Source: Cupriavidus necator (GTDB lineage: Bacteria > Pseudomonadota > Gammaproteobacteria > Burkholderiales > Burkholderiaceae). Taken from it: DNA of 32,000 nt. The notes below the pieces were generated by a model. That model saw only the letters and a list, made by a program, of their open reading frames with translations, was not told the origin of the DNA and did no database searches. The stretch is taken from the NCBI RefSeq assembly GCF_016127575.1, contig NZ_CP066018.1, positions 1,380,001 through 1,412,000 on the forward strand. The letters run 5' to 3'. Shown here piece by piece: positions 10,186 to 18,567 of this stretch; position 1 is the first letter of the stretch, and the number at the start of each line of letters is the position of its first letter. Position numbers and translations under genes: made by a program.

Positions 10186-10658
10186 ACATGACCGCGCGCT
10201 CCTCGCTGACCCTGCGCCTGATGGCCGCGGCCGCGCTCGCCGCGGCGGTGGCCGGCTGCATCCCGCTGCCGGGCGGGCTGGGCCGGCCCGCTCCAATCGC
10301 CAGCCGCGACATCGACCTGGCCGGCGACTGCCGCCGCACCGAGGAAGACGGCTTCCGCGAAGACGCCCAGCTGCGCGTGTCGGACAACAGCGTGCAGCAG
10401 CTGTCGTGGAAGCTGTGGGTAGGCAAGCGCGGCTCGTGCAGCTTCAACCTGGCGGACTTCCGCCAGGTCCAGAAGAAGCCGCATATCGAGCTGCGCGCCA
10501 ATGACGGCAGCGGCTGCAAGCTGATGGTCTGGCAGGACCCGCGCCGCGTTACGCTGGCGCACGCCAACTGCCAGCAGCGCTGCACCCCCGGCGTCTACGA
10601 AGAAGCCTGGCCCGTGATGTTCGAGCCGGGCAGCGGCGCCTGCGCCCGCACGCGCTGA
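10182..10658 (+). CDS. Hypothetical Cys-rich lipoprotein (158 aa) located between gatA and gatB
   Basis: Its ATG overlaps the gatA stop (ATGA at 10182-10185). The signal peptide plus lipobox reads LAAAVAG|C. The mature part has six further Cys. I recognise no family. Confidence 0.6.
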   Translation: MNMTARSSLTLRLMAAAALAAAVAGCIPLPGGLGRPAPIASRDIDLAGDCRRTEEDGFREDAQLRVSDNSVQQLSWKLWVGKRGSCSFNLADFRQVQKKPHIELRANDGSGCKLMVWQDPRRVTLAHANCQQRCTPGVYEEAWPVMFEPGSGACARTR

Positions 10659-10675
10659 AGCCACCGAAGCCGGCC

Positions 10676-11767
10676 ATGACCCACGCACCCGCCACCCCGC
10701 AACGCTCACCGCGCACCGCCCGTCCGGCGGTGGCGGTGCTGCGCGCCGCGGTGGCACTGGGGCTGGGCGCATGGCTGGCCGGCGCATCCGCGCATACACC
10801 GGAACTGCCCGCGCCCGCGCTGGCGCAGCCGGCGCCGCTGACGCCCGCCGGCGTGCTGGCGCCGAATGCGGTGAGCCGGGCCGCGCCAGGATCCGCGGCC
10901 ACGGCACCCGTGCCGGCGCAGCGTGTCCAGCTGCGCGGCGATGCGGCCACGCCCGCGCTCACCGCCTACTGGTTCCTGCCGCGCGAGGGCGCCACCCCGC
11001 GCGCGCTGCCGGTGGTGGTGGCGTTGCACGGCTGCGGCGGCCTGCTGTCCGCGCGCCCCGCGCGCGCGAGCGCGGCGGGTGCCGCCGGAACCGCCCAGGC
11101 GGACGTTTCCGGACTGCTGCAGCAACGCTACCGCGAATACGCGCACTGGCTGAACGAGCGCGGCTATGCCGTGCTGATGCCCGACAGCTTCAGCGCGCGC
11201 GGCAGGCCCCACGGCATCTGCTCCGAACCCATCGACGCGCGCGGCATCGACGACCGCACGCGCCGCGCCGATGCGCTGGCCGCGCTGCGCTGGGTGGCGC
11301 AGCAGCCGGCGGTCGACACCGCGCGTATCGTGCTGCTGGGCTGGTCCAACGGCGCGCAGGCGGTGCTGGCCACCGTCGATGCCAGCCGCCCGTGGCCGGC
11401 CGGCACGCCCCAGGTGGAGCGTGCGGTGGCGTTCTACCCGGGCTGCAGGCGCGCCGTGCAGCAGCACAACTTCCGCCTGCGCGCGCCTATGCTGCTGATG
11501 ATCGGCGGCGCCGACGACTGGACGCCCGCCACCCGCTGCGCCATGCTGCAAAGCGCGGTGCTGGCGCGCCAGCCGGGCGCGCGCTTCCGGCTGGAGATCT
11601 ACCCCGGCGCCTATCACGGCTTTGACGGCACCAGCGAGCTGCATATGCGCCGCGACGTACCGGCGGGCATGCGCAAGACCCAGGGCGTCACCGTCGGCGG
11701 CGATGCGGTGGCCCGCGTGGCCGCGCTGGCCCAGCTCGACTCATGGCTTGCCAGCCCCGACCCCTGA
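10676..11767 (+). CDS. Secreted dienelactone-hydrolase-family alpha/beta hydrolase (Ser nucleophile)
   Basis: Signal peptide ending AGASA|H. Other motifs are VVVALHGCGG, the nucleophile elbow GWSNG, GGADDWTP (Asp) and YPGAYHGFD (His), a DLH-like triad. Confidence 0.75.
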   Translation: MTHAPATPQRSPRTARPAVAVLRAAVALGLGAWLAGASAHTPELPAPALAQPAPLTPAGVLAPNAVSRAAPGSAATAPVPAQRVQLRGDAATPALTAYWFLPREGATPRALPVVVALHGCGGLLSARPARASAAGAAGTAQADVSGLLQQRYREYAHWLNERGYAVLMPDSFSARGRPHGICSEPIDARGIDDRTRRADALAALRWVAQQPAVDTARIVLLGWSNGAQAVLATVDASRPWPAGTPQVERAVAFYPGCRRAVQQHNFRLRAPMLLMIGGADDWTPATRCAMLQSAVLARQPGARFRLEIYPGAYHGFDGTSELHMRRDVPAGMRKTQGVTVGGDAVARVAALAQLDSWLASPDP

Positions 11768-11857
11768 GGGCCGGGGCAAGACCAGACTGAACCCCGGGGC
11801 GGCTGCGCCGCTCCACCGCAACAGACAGAACCGAAAGAACCGAACAGGAATACCGCC

Positions 11858-13315
11858 ATGCAATGGGAAGTGGTGATCGGCCTCGAAACGCACGCTCAGC
11901 TTTCGACGGCCTCCAAGATTTTTTCCGGCACCTCCACCGCCTTCGGGGCCGAGGCCAACACGCAGGCCTCGCCGGTGGACCTGGCGCTGCCGGGCGTGCT
12001 GCCGGTGCTCAACAAGGGCGCGGTCGAGCGCGCCATCCAGTTCGGCCTGGCGATCGGCGCCACCATTTCGCCGCGCAGCGTCTTTGCGCGCAAGAACTAC
12101 TTCTACCCCGACCTGCCCAAGGGCTACCAGATCAGCCAGTATGAGATCCCGGTGGTACAGGGCGGCACCATCACCATCCAGGTCGAAGGCAGGAAGGGCG
12201 AGTTCTACGAAAAGACCGTCAACCTGACCCGCGCCCACCTGGAAGAAGACGCGGGCAAGTCCCTGCACGAAGACTTCGCCGGCATGACCGGCATCGACCT
12301 GAACCGCGCCGGCACCCCGCTGCTGGAAATCGTCACCGAGCCCGACATGCGCAGCGCCGCCGAAGCCGTGGCCTATGCCAAGGCGCTGCACTCGCTGGTG
12401 GTGTGGCTGGGCATCTGCGATGGCAACATGCAGGAAGGCAGCTTCCGCTGCGACGCCAACGTGTCGGTGCGCCCGCTCGGCCAGAAGGAATTCGGCACCC
12501 GCCGCGAAATCAAGAACCTGAATTCGTTCCGCTTCCTGCAGCAGGCCATCGAGTACGAAGTGCAGTGGCAGATCGCCGAGATCGAGGACGGCCGCAAGAT
12601 CCAGCAGGCCACCGTGCTGTTCGACCCGGAAACGGGCGAAACGCGCGCCATGCGCACCAAGGAAGACGCGCACGATTACCGCTACTTCCCAGACCCCGAC
12701 CTGATGCCGCTGGAAATCGACGCGAGCTGGGTCGAGCGCGTGCGCGGCGAGCTGCCGGAACTGCCGGTGGCGATGCAGGCGCGCTTTGTCTCGCAGTACG
12801 GCCTGTCGGCCTATGACGCCACCACGCTGACCGCGACCAAGGCCTTCGCCGCCTACTACGAGGCCGTGGTGGCCGACGCCGGCGCCGCCAACGCCAAGCC
12901 CGCGGCCAACTGGCTGATGGGCGACGTGGCCTCGCAGCTGAACCGCGAAGGCATCGCCATCGACGCCGCACCGGTCACGCCGGCGCAACTGGCCAGGCTG
13001 CTCGCGCGCATCGCCGACGGCACGGTATCGAACAACACCGCCAAGAAGGACGTGTTCCCGGCGATGTGGGCCGGCGAGCACGGCGGCGATGCCGACGCCA
13101 TCATCGCGGCCAAGGGCCTGAAGCAGATGTCCGACACCGGCGAGCTGGAGAAGATCATCGACGACGTGCTGGCTGCCAACGCCAGGTCGGTCGAGGAATT
13201 CCGCGCGGGCAAGGAGAAGGCGTTCAATGCGCTGGTCGGGCAGGCGATGAAGGCGACCAAGGGCAAGGCCAATCCGGCGCAGGTGAATGAGCTGCTGAAG
13301 AAGAAGCTGGGGTAA
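11858..13315 (+). CDS. gatB: Asp/Glu-tRNA amidotransferase subunit B
   Basis: 485 aa starting [17 protein letters not shown], with ...[10 protein letters not shown] and a YqeY-like C-terminal tail. An AGGAA RBS precedes the ATG. Confidence 0.96.
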
Positions 13316-13392
13316 GGGCTGGCTGACAGGGCCAGCGAACCGCTGCGGCAGGCGTATCCTACTGGCCTGCTCTAAAAGTCAGGAGATCCCCC

Positions 13393-14163
13393 ATGAGCTG
13401 GTCCGCCCACCAATACGTCGCCTTCGAAGACGAACGCACCCGCCCGGTCCGCGACCTGGTGGCTGCCATCCCCAATGAGATCGCGCGCAGCGCGGTGGAT
13501 ATCGGCTGCGGGCCGGGCAACTCCACCGAGGTGCTGCTGGCGCGCTATACGGGGGCGTCGGTGACCGGGCTGGACAGCTCGCAGGACATGGTCGATGCGG
13601 CGCGCAAGCGCCTGCCCGCGGTGCAGTTCCGCGTGGCCGACATCGGCGCCTGGGACGAGGCCGGGCCCTATGACGTGATCCTGGCCAATGCCGTGCTGCA
13701 GTGGCTGCCTGACCACGCCAGCCTGTTCCCGGCACTGGTATCCAGGCTCGCTCCCGGCGGCACGCTGGCCGTGCAGATGCCGGACAACCTGGAAGAACCC
13801 GCGCACCGGCTGATGCGCCAGGTGGCGACGGAAAGCCCGTGGGCAGAAAAGCTCGCCGGCGCCAGCAAGGCCCGCGCCGAGCGTGCCCCGGCGCAGTGGT
13901 ACTACGAGCTGTTGCGCCCGCTGTGCCAGCGCGTGGACGTATGGCTGACCACGTACCACCATCCGCTGGCGGACGGCCCGGCCGCGGTGGTGGAGTGGTT
14001 CAAGGGCAGCGGCCTGCGCCCCTTCCTGCAACCGCTGGACGAGGCCGAGCGCGCCGCCTACCTGGCGCGCTACCAGACCGAGATTGCCAAGGCGTACCCG
14101 GCGCTGCCGGACGGGTCGGTGCTGCTGCCGTTCCCGCGCCTGTTTATCGTCGCGACGCGCTGA
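13393..14163 (+). CDS. tam: Trans-aconitate 2-methyltransferase-like SAM-dependent methyltransferase
   Basis: 256 aa starting MSWSAHQYVAFEDERTRPVRDL, the Tam-type N-terminus. It has the SAM motif VDIGCGPGNST and an AGGAG RBS. Confidence 0.8.
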   Translation: MSWSAHQYVAFEDERTRPVRDLVAAIPNEIARSAVDIGCGPGNSTEVLLARYTGASVTGLDSSQDMVDAARKRLPAVQFRVADIGAWDEAGPYDVILANAVLQWLPDHASLFPALVSRLAPGGTLAVQMPDNLEEPAHRLMRQVATESPWAEKLAGASKARAERAPAQWYYELLRPLCQRVDVWLTTYHHPLADGPAAVVEWFKGSGLRPFLQPLDEAERAAYLARYQTEIAKAYPALPDGSVLLPFPRLFIVATR

Positions 14164-14171
14164 GGCCAGCC

Positions 14172-14558
14172 CTACGCCGGCTTGTGGCACACCGCTTCGA
14201 TGTTGTGCCCGTCCGGATCCAGCACGAAGGCGCCGTAGTAGTTGGGGTGGTAGTGCGCGCGGATGCCCGGCGCGCCGTTGTCGCGCCCGCCCGCGGCCAG
14301 CGCCGCGCGATGGAAGGCATCGACGGTCTCGCGGCTGTCCACGCGGAAGGCCACATGCAGCGGCGGCTGGTTGGGCGTGCCGCGGTGGATCCAGAAGTCG
14401 GGTTGCCCCGGTGGGCCGAAGCCTGCGACATCGGTGCTGCCGGTGACGCTGGCCGGGAATTCCTTGTCCAGCACATAGCCGATGGCGCCCAGCGCCGCCT
14501 GGTAGAAGGCGCGGCTCTTGCCGTAGTCACTGACGCTTACGCCGGTGTGGTCGATCAT
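14172..14558 (-). CDS. VOC (glyoxalase/bleomycin-resistance/dioxygenase) family protein
   Basis: 128 aa: MIDHTGVSVSDYGKSRAFY...HVAFRV...YGAFVLDPDGHNIEAV. An AAGGAAG RBS precedes the ATG. Confidence 0.8.
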   Translation of the reverse strand: MIDHTGVSVSDYGKSRAFYQAALGAIGYVLDKEFPASVTGSTDVAGFGPPGQPDFWIHRGTPNQPPLHVAFRVDSRETVDAFHRAALAAGGRDNGAPGIRAHYHPNYYGAFVLDPDGHNIEAVCHKPA

Positions 14559-14589
14559 GGATCGCTTCCTTTCAACGGTGGGAGGGGGC

Positions 14590-15027
14590 TCAGGCCAGGT
14601 CCAGCACGCTCATGGTGGCGTTCAGGCGGCTGACCAGCACCGATTCACCGTGGACGTCGGCGAAGACATCCGCCTCCACCACGATGATCGAACGGCCGGA
14701 CTTGAGCACATCGGCACGGCAGCGCAGCCGTTCGCTGCGCACGGCCCTGAGCAGGTTGATCTTGAACTCCGCGGTGACCACGTGCTGGCCTGCCTCCAGG
14801 ATGGTGGATGCCGCCGCGCCCGCGGTGTGGTCCGCGATGGTGGCCTGCACGCCCGCATGGACGATGCCGCCGTGCTGCAGGTGGCGCGGCGCAATGGCCA
14901 GCGTGGATTCGCACCAGCCGGGCCCGCAGTCCGCCAGCGTGATGCCGACATCGTTGACAAAGGCGGCCTGGCGAAAGCCCGCCTCGATGGTGTCGCGCAG
15001 CAGAAGCCGTTCCTGTTCGGTGGTCAT
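14590..15027 (-). CDS. PaaI-family hotdog-fold thioesterase
   Basis: It contains HLQHGGIVHAGVQATIADHTAG, the PaaI/4HBT-type motif. I prefer the ATG at 15027, which is preceded by AAGGAA, over the GTG at 15048 given in the ORF track. Confidence 0.8.
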   Translation of the reverse strand: MTTEQERLLLRDTIEAGFRQAAFVNDVGITLADCGPGWCESTLAIAPRHLQHGGIVHAGVQATIADHTAGAAASTILEAGQHVVTAEFKINLLRAVRSERLRCRADVLKSGRSIIVVEADVFADVHGESVLVSRLNATMSVLDLA

Positions 15028-15189
15028 GGCTGTTCCTTGTCGGGTCACTGCATCACCGGGATGTGCGCATTGCAGCGTGAAGGCGCGGGGCTGTCAACCA
15101 TCCATGCGCCTGTTACGCCGCGCGGAAGCGGGCCGGCGTGCCGTCGCCTACACTGGAAGCATCCGCGACCCGAGTGCGCGCCTGAGCGC

Positions 15190-16023
15190 ATGCAGCCCGC
15201 AATGATCGCCGACACCCATCCCCCCCCACTGCGCCGCAAGACGCGGCCCGCCGCGGCCTTTGCCGCGCTGACGCAGGCAAGCCTGGCGCGCATCGAAGCG
15301 AGCCTGGCCCAGTTGCTGCGCCGCGACGAGCCCGAAGACCTGCACGCGCTGCGCGTGGCGGTGCGCCATGCGCGCGCGGTGCTCTGGGCCCTGGGGCCGT
15401 CGTTGCCGCGGCAGGAGCGCGATCGCTGGAAGCATGACCTGCGCATGCTGGCGCGCGCCACCAGCGACGTGCGCGACTGGGACGTATTCCTGGCCGAAAC
15501 CATTGCCCCGGCACGCAAACTGGAACCGGACGATACCGTGCTGTCGGCCATCGCCGACACCGCCCGAGAGCGCCGCGACACCGCACGGCAAACCATGCTG
15601 GCGGCCCTGGCCGGTTACCGTGACTGGCCGCTGCCAGCGCTGCATCGCGACCTGGCGCACCTGGCCCAGCTGGCCGCCCGCGCCCGCAATGGCGGTGGCC
15701 GCCTCGGGCCCTTTGCGCGCAAGCGCGTGCGCCGCGGCCGCAAGCGCCTGCGCGCGCTGGCAAAGGCCGCACGCCGCGGCGATCCCCGCGCGGTGCATGA
15801 GCAGCGCATCGCCGGCAAGCGACTGCGCTATGTGATCGAGGCATTCGAGCCGGTGCTGCCATCCCGCTACACCAGGGACCTGCATCGCAAGCTGGTCAAA
15901 GGGCAGGCAAAGCTCGGCCGCCTTGTCGACGGCATCGTCGCGCGCCGGCTGCTGGCCGATTGCCTGCAGGCGCAGGCAATGCCGGACGAGGCGCCGCCGC
16001 GCCCGCTGCCCGGTGCCAGCTGA
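15190..16023 (+). CDS. CHAD-domain protein, stand-alone with no CYTH domain
   Basis: 277 aa, strongly basic and helical: [42 protein letters not shown]. This is the CHAD pattern of conserved His/Arg in repeated helices. The long ORF from 14545 is rejected because it runs antisense through the thioesterase gene. Confidence 0.7.
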   Translation: MQPAMIADTHPPPLRRKTRPAAAFAALTQASLARIEASLAQLLRRDEPEDLHALRVAVRHARAVLWALGPSLPRQERDRWKHDLRMLARATSDVRDWDVFLAETIAPARKLEPDDTVLSAIADTARERRDTARQTMLAALAGYRDWPLPALHRDLAHLAQLAARARNGGGRLGPFARKRVRRGRKRLRALAKAARRGDPRAVHEQRIAGKRLRYVIEAFEPVLPSRYTRDLHRKLVKGQAKLGRLVDGIVARRLLADCLQAQAMPDEAPPRPLPGAS

Positions 16024-16094
16024 CCACCCGCCCGCCATGGCGGCCTGCCCACCGCGTGCCACGCCAACCGCACCCGATCTGCGACAATAGCGCC

Positions 16095-17522
16095 ATGACT
16101 GCTCCCCAGGTTCCCATTGCCGCCATCGCCACCGCGCCCGGACGCGGCGGCATCGGCGTGGTGCGCGTGTCGGGCCCCGATGTTGGCCCCGTGATGCGCT
16201 CCGTCTGCGGCCAGGCACTGAAGCCGCGCCACGCCACCTACCTGCCGTTCCTCGATGGCCATGGCAAGGTCATCGACCACGGCCTGGCGCTGTATTTCCC
16301 GGCGCCCAATTCCTATACCGGCGAGGAAGTGCTCGAGCTGCAGGGCCACGGCGGGCCGGTGGTGATGCAGATGCTGCTGACACGCTGCCTGCAAGCGGGC
16401 GACGGCATCGGCCTGCGCCTGGCAGAGCCCGGCGAGTTCACGCGGCGCGCCTTCCTCAACGACAAGCTCGACCTGGCCCAGGCCGAGGCCGTGGCCGACC
16501 TGATCGAAGCCAGCACCGAGGCCGCGGCGCGCTCGGCGGCGCGTTCAATGGAGGGCGAATTCTCCAACGCCATCCGCCAGCTTGTGGACAAGGTCATCCA
16601 CCTGCGCATGCTGGTCGAAGCCACGCTGGACTTCCCCGAAGAAGAGATCGATTTCCTGGAGCAGTCCGACGCGCGCGGCCAGCTTGCCACCATCCGCACC
16701 GAACTGAGCGGCGTGCTGGCGCAGGCGCGCCAGGGCGCGCTGCTGCGCGAGGGCCTGTCGGTGGTGCTGGCGGGCCAGCCCAACGTGGGCAAGTCGTCGC
16801 TGCTGAACGCGCTGGCCGGCGCGGAGCTGGCCATCGTCACGCCCATCGCCGGCACCACGCGCGACCGCGTGCGCGAGACCATCCAGATCGACGGCATCCC
16901 GCTGCATATCATCGACACCGCCGGCCTGCGCGAGCATGCCGCCGACGAAGTCGAGCGCATCGGCATCGAACGCACCTGGGACGCCATCCGCCGCGCCGAC
17001 ATCGTGCTGCACCTGGTCGACGCCACCGACTACCTGCGCCATGGCCTGTCAGAGACTGACGACGCCATCGACGACCAGCTCAGCGGCCAGCTGCCGCCGG
17101 GCTCGCCGATCGTGCGCATCGTCAACAAGATCGACAAGGCGCCCGCGGTTGGCGATGTCGTCTTCGGCGGCAACCGCCCGCACGTGGTCGCCGCCAACGG
17201 CCCCAACCCGACCGAGATCTGGATCTCGGCGCGCACCGGGGCCGGCATTGAACTGCTGCGCCGTGAGCTGCTGCGGCTGGTGGGCTGGCAGTCGGGCAAT
17301 GAAGGCAACTTCCTGGCGCGCGAGCGGCACCTGACGGCGCTGCGGAATGCGCAATCGCACCTGGATATCGCCGCCGAGCAGGCCGAGCACCAGGCGCAGG
17401 CGCTGGACCTGTTTGCCGAAGAACTGCGGCTGGCACAGGATTGCCTGAACAGCATTACGGGTGAGTTCACCAGTGATGATCTGCTGGGGACGATCTTTAC
17501 GCGGTTTTGCATCGGAAAATAA
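16095..17522 (+). CDS. mnmE: tRNA uridine-5-carboxymethylaminomethyl modification GTPase MnmE
   Basis: It starts [27 protein letters not shown], has the G1 motif [14 protein letters not shown] and DTAGLR, and ends with the hallmark C-terminal CIGK. Confidence 0.95.
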   Translation: MTAPQVPIAAIATAPGRGGIGVVRVSGPDVGPVMRSVCGQALKPRHATYLPFLDGHGKVIDHGLALYFPAPNSYTGEEVLELQGHGGPVVMQMLLTRCLQAGDGIGLRLAEPGEFTRRAFLNDKLDLAQAEAVADLIEASTEAAARSAARSMEGEFSNAIRQLVDKVIHLRMLVEATLDFPEEEIDFLEQSDARGQLATIRTELSGVLAQARQGALLREGLSVVLAGQPNVGKSSLLNALAGAELAIVTPIAGTTRDRVRETIQIDGIPLHIIDTAGLREHAADEVERIGIERTWDAIRRADIVLHLVDATDYLRHGLSETDDAIDDQLSGQLPPGSPIVRIVNKIDKAPAVGDVVFGGNRPHVVAANGPNPTEIWISARTGAGIELLRRELLRLVGWQSGNEGNFLARERHLTALRNAQSHLDIAAEQAEHQAQALDLFAEELRLAQDCLNSITGEFTSDDLLGTIFTRFCIGK

Positions 17523-17534
17523 GGCGCAGCGCCT
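17522..17534 (-). terminator. Small hairpin between the convergent mnmE and Bug genes
   Basis: AGGCG-cag-CGCCT. On the minus strand it is followed by TATTTTCC. The stem is only 5 bp, so this is weak. Confidence 0.25.
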
Positions 17535-17538
17535 GACC

Positions 17539-18534
17539 TCAATCCAGGCTCAGCTGCGATGTCTTGATGGTTTCGCTCCAGCGCAAGCGTTCCGCCGTGA
17601 CAAAGGCGGCGAATCTCTCCTGTGCCTGTCCGCCTGGAATACCGCCCATCCGGCTGATTTCGGTAACCACGTCCGGGGCGCGCAGGACCGCGACCAGGTG
17701 CTCATGCAGCCTGGCTGCGATCTCCGGCGGCGTGCCGGCTTTCACAAAGATGCCGATCCACGCCGTCGACAAGAGGTTGCCCACCCCGGTTTCCTCCATG
17801 GTCGGCACCTCGGGCAGGCTGGGGATTCGCCGTGCCGACGTCACGGCGAGCGGGCGCAGCTTGCCGGCCCGGATATGCGGCAGGGCCTGGGTCAGGTTGT
17901 CGAACTGGAAAGTCGTTTCACCGGCCAGCAGCGCGGTGGTCGCCGGCGTGGAACCGCGATAGGGAACGTGAATGGCATCCGTTCCCGTGCGCTGCTTGAG
18001 CAGTTCGCCGGTCAGGTGGCTGGTCTGGCCGATGCCGGAGGAGCCGAAGGACAGCTTTCCCGCCTGCGCCCTCATTTGCGCGACCAGGTCGGCGGCGCTC
18101 CGGATCGGCGACTGTGCGTTGACGACCAGGACGCTGGGAAAAGAGATGACATCGGTAATCCCCACCAGGTCGTCCGGCTTGTATGGCAGGGTCTTGTAGG
18201 CGCTGTAGTTGATGGCCTGCGGCCCGACATTCCCGGCCAGGAGCGTGTAGCCGTCGGCGGGCGCGCGTAGCGCCGCCTGTGTGCCGATGATGCCCCCGCT
18301 GCCGGGCCGGTTGTCCACGATGACAGGCTGGCCAAGGCGAAGGCTCAGTTTCTGCGCGAGCATGCGGATGGGAATATCGATCGTGCCCCCTGCCGCGCCC
18401 GGCACGATGATGGTAACCGGCCGCGCAGGCCACGCCGCGCCCGTTTGCGCGGACACAGCCGGGGCCGCCATCATTGCGCCCAGGGCAGCGGCAAGTGCGA
18501 GCGCCAGGCGCCTGGTACTGCGGAGTGCTTGCAT
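17539..18534 (-). CDS. Bug/TctC-family periplasmic solute-binding protein (tripartite tricarboxylate transporter receptor)
   Basis: 331 aa with signal peptide ...APAVSA|Q. Family motifs are RPVTIIVPGAAGG and VDNRPGSGG. An AGAGG RBS precedes the ATG. Confidence 0.9.
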   Translation of the reverse strand: MQALRSTRRLALALAAALGAMMAAPAVSAQTGAAWPARPVTIIVPGAAGGTIDIPIRMLAQKLSLRLGQPVIVDNRPGSGGIIGTQAALRAPADGYTLLAGNVGPQAINYSAYKTLPYKPDDLVGITDVISFPSVLVVNAQSPIRSAADLVAQMRAQAGKLSFGSSGIGQTSHLTGELLKQRTGTDAIHVPYRGSTPATTALLAGETTFQFDNLTQALPHIRAGKLRPLAVTSARRIPSLPEVPTMEETGVGNLLSTAWIGIFVKAGTPPEIAARLHEHLVAVLRAPDVVTEISRMGGIPGGQAQERFAAFVTAERLRWSETIKTSQLSLD

Positions 18535-18567
18535 GGCATTGCCTCTTTCTTCTCAGTGTTGTCCTGT

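Noticed and set aside
8719-13081. Minus-strand ORFs of 525 aa (8719-10296), 312 aa (10706-11644) and 446 aa (11741-13081), lying opposite gatA, the hydrolase gene and gatB.
   Set aside because: They are antisense to well-supported genes. Their composition is dominated by Arg/Gly/Ala/His, and I recognise no domain.
13318-13336. The GCTGGC-N7-GCCAGC hairpin after gatB as a terminator.
   Set aside because: The stem is only 6 bp with no following T-run. The tam gene starts 57 nt later with its own RBS. The evidence is too weak to call.
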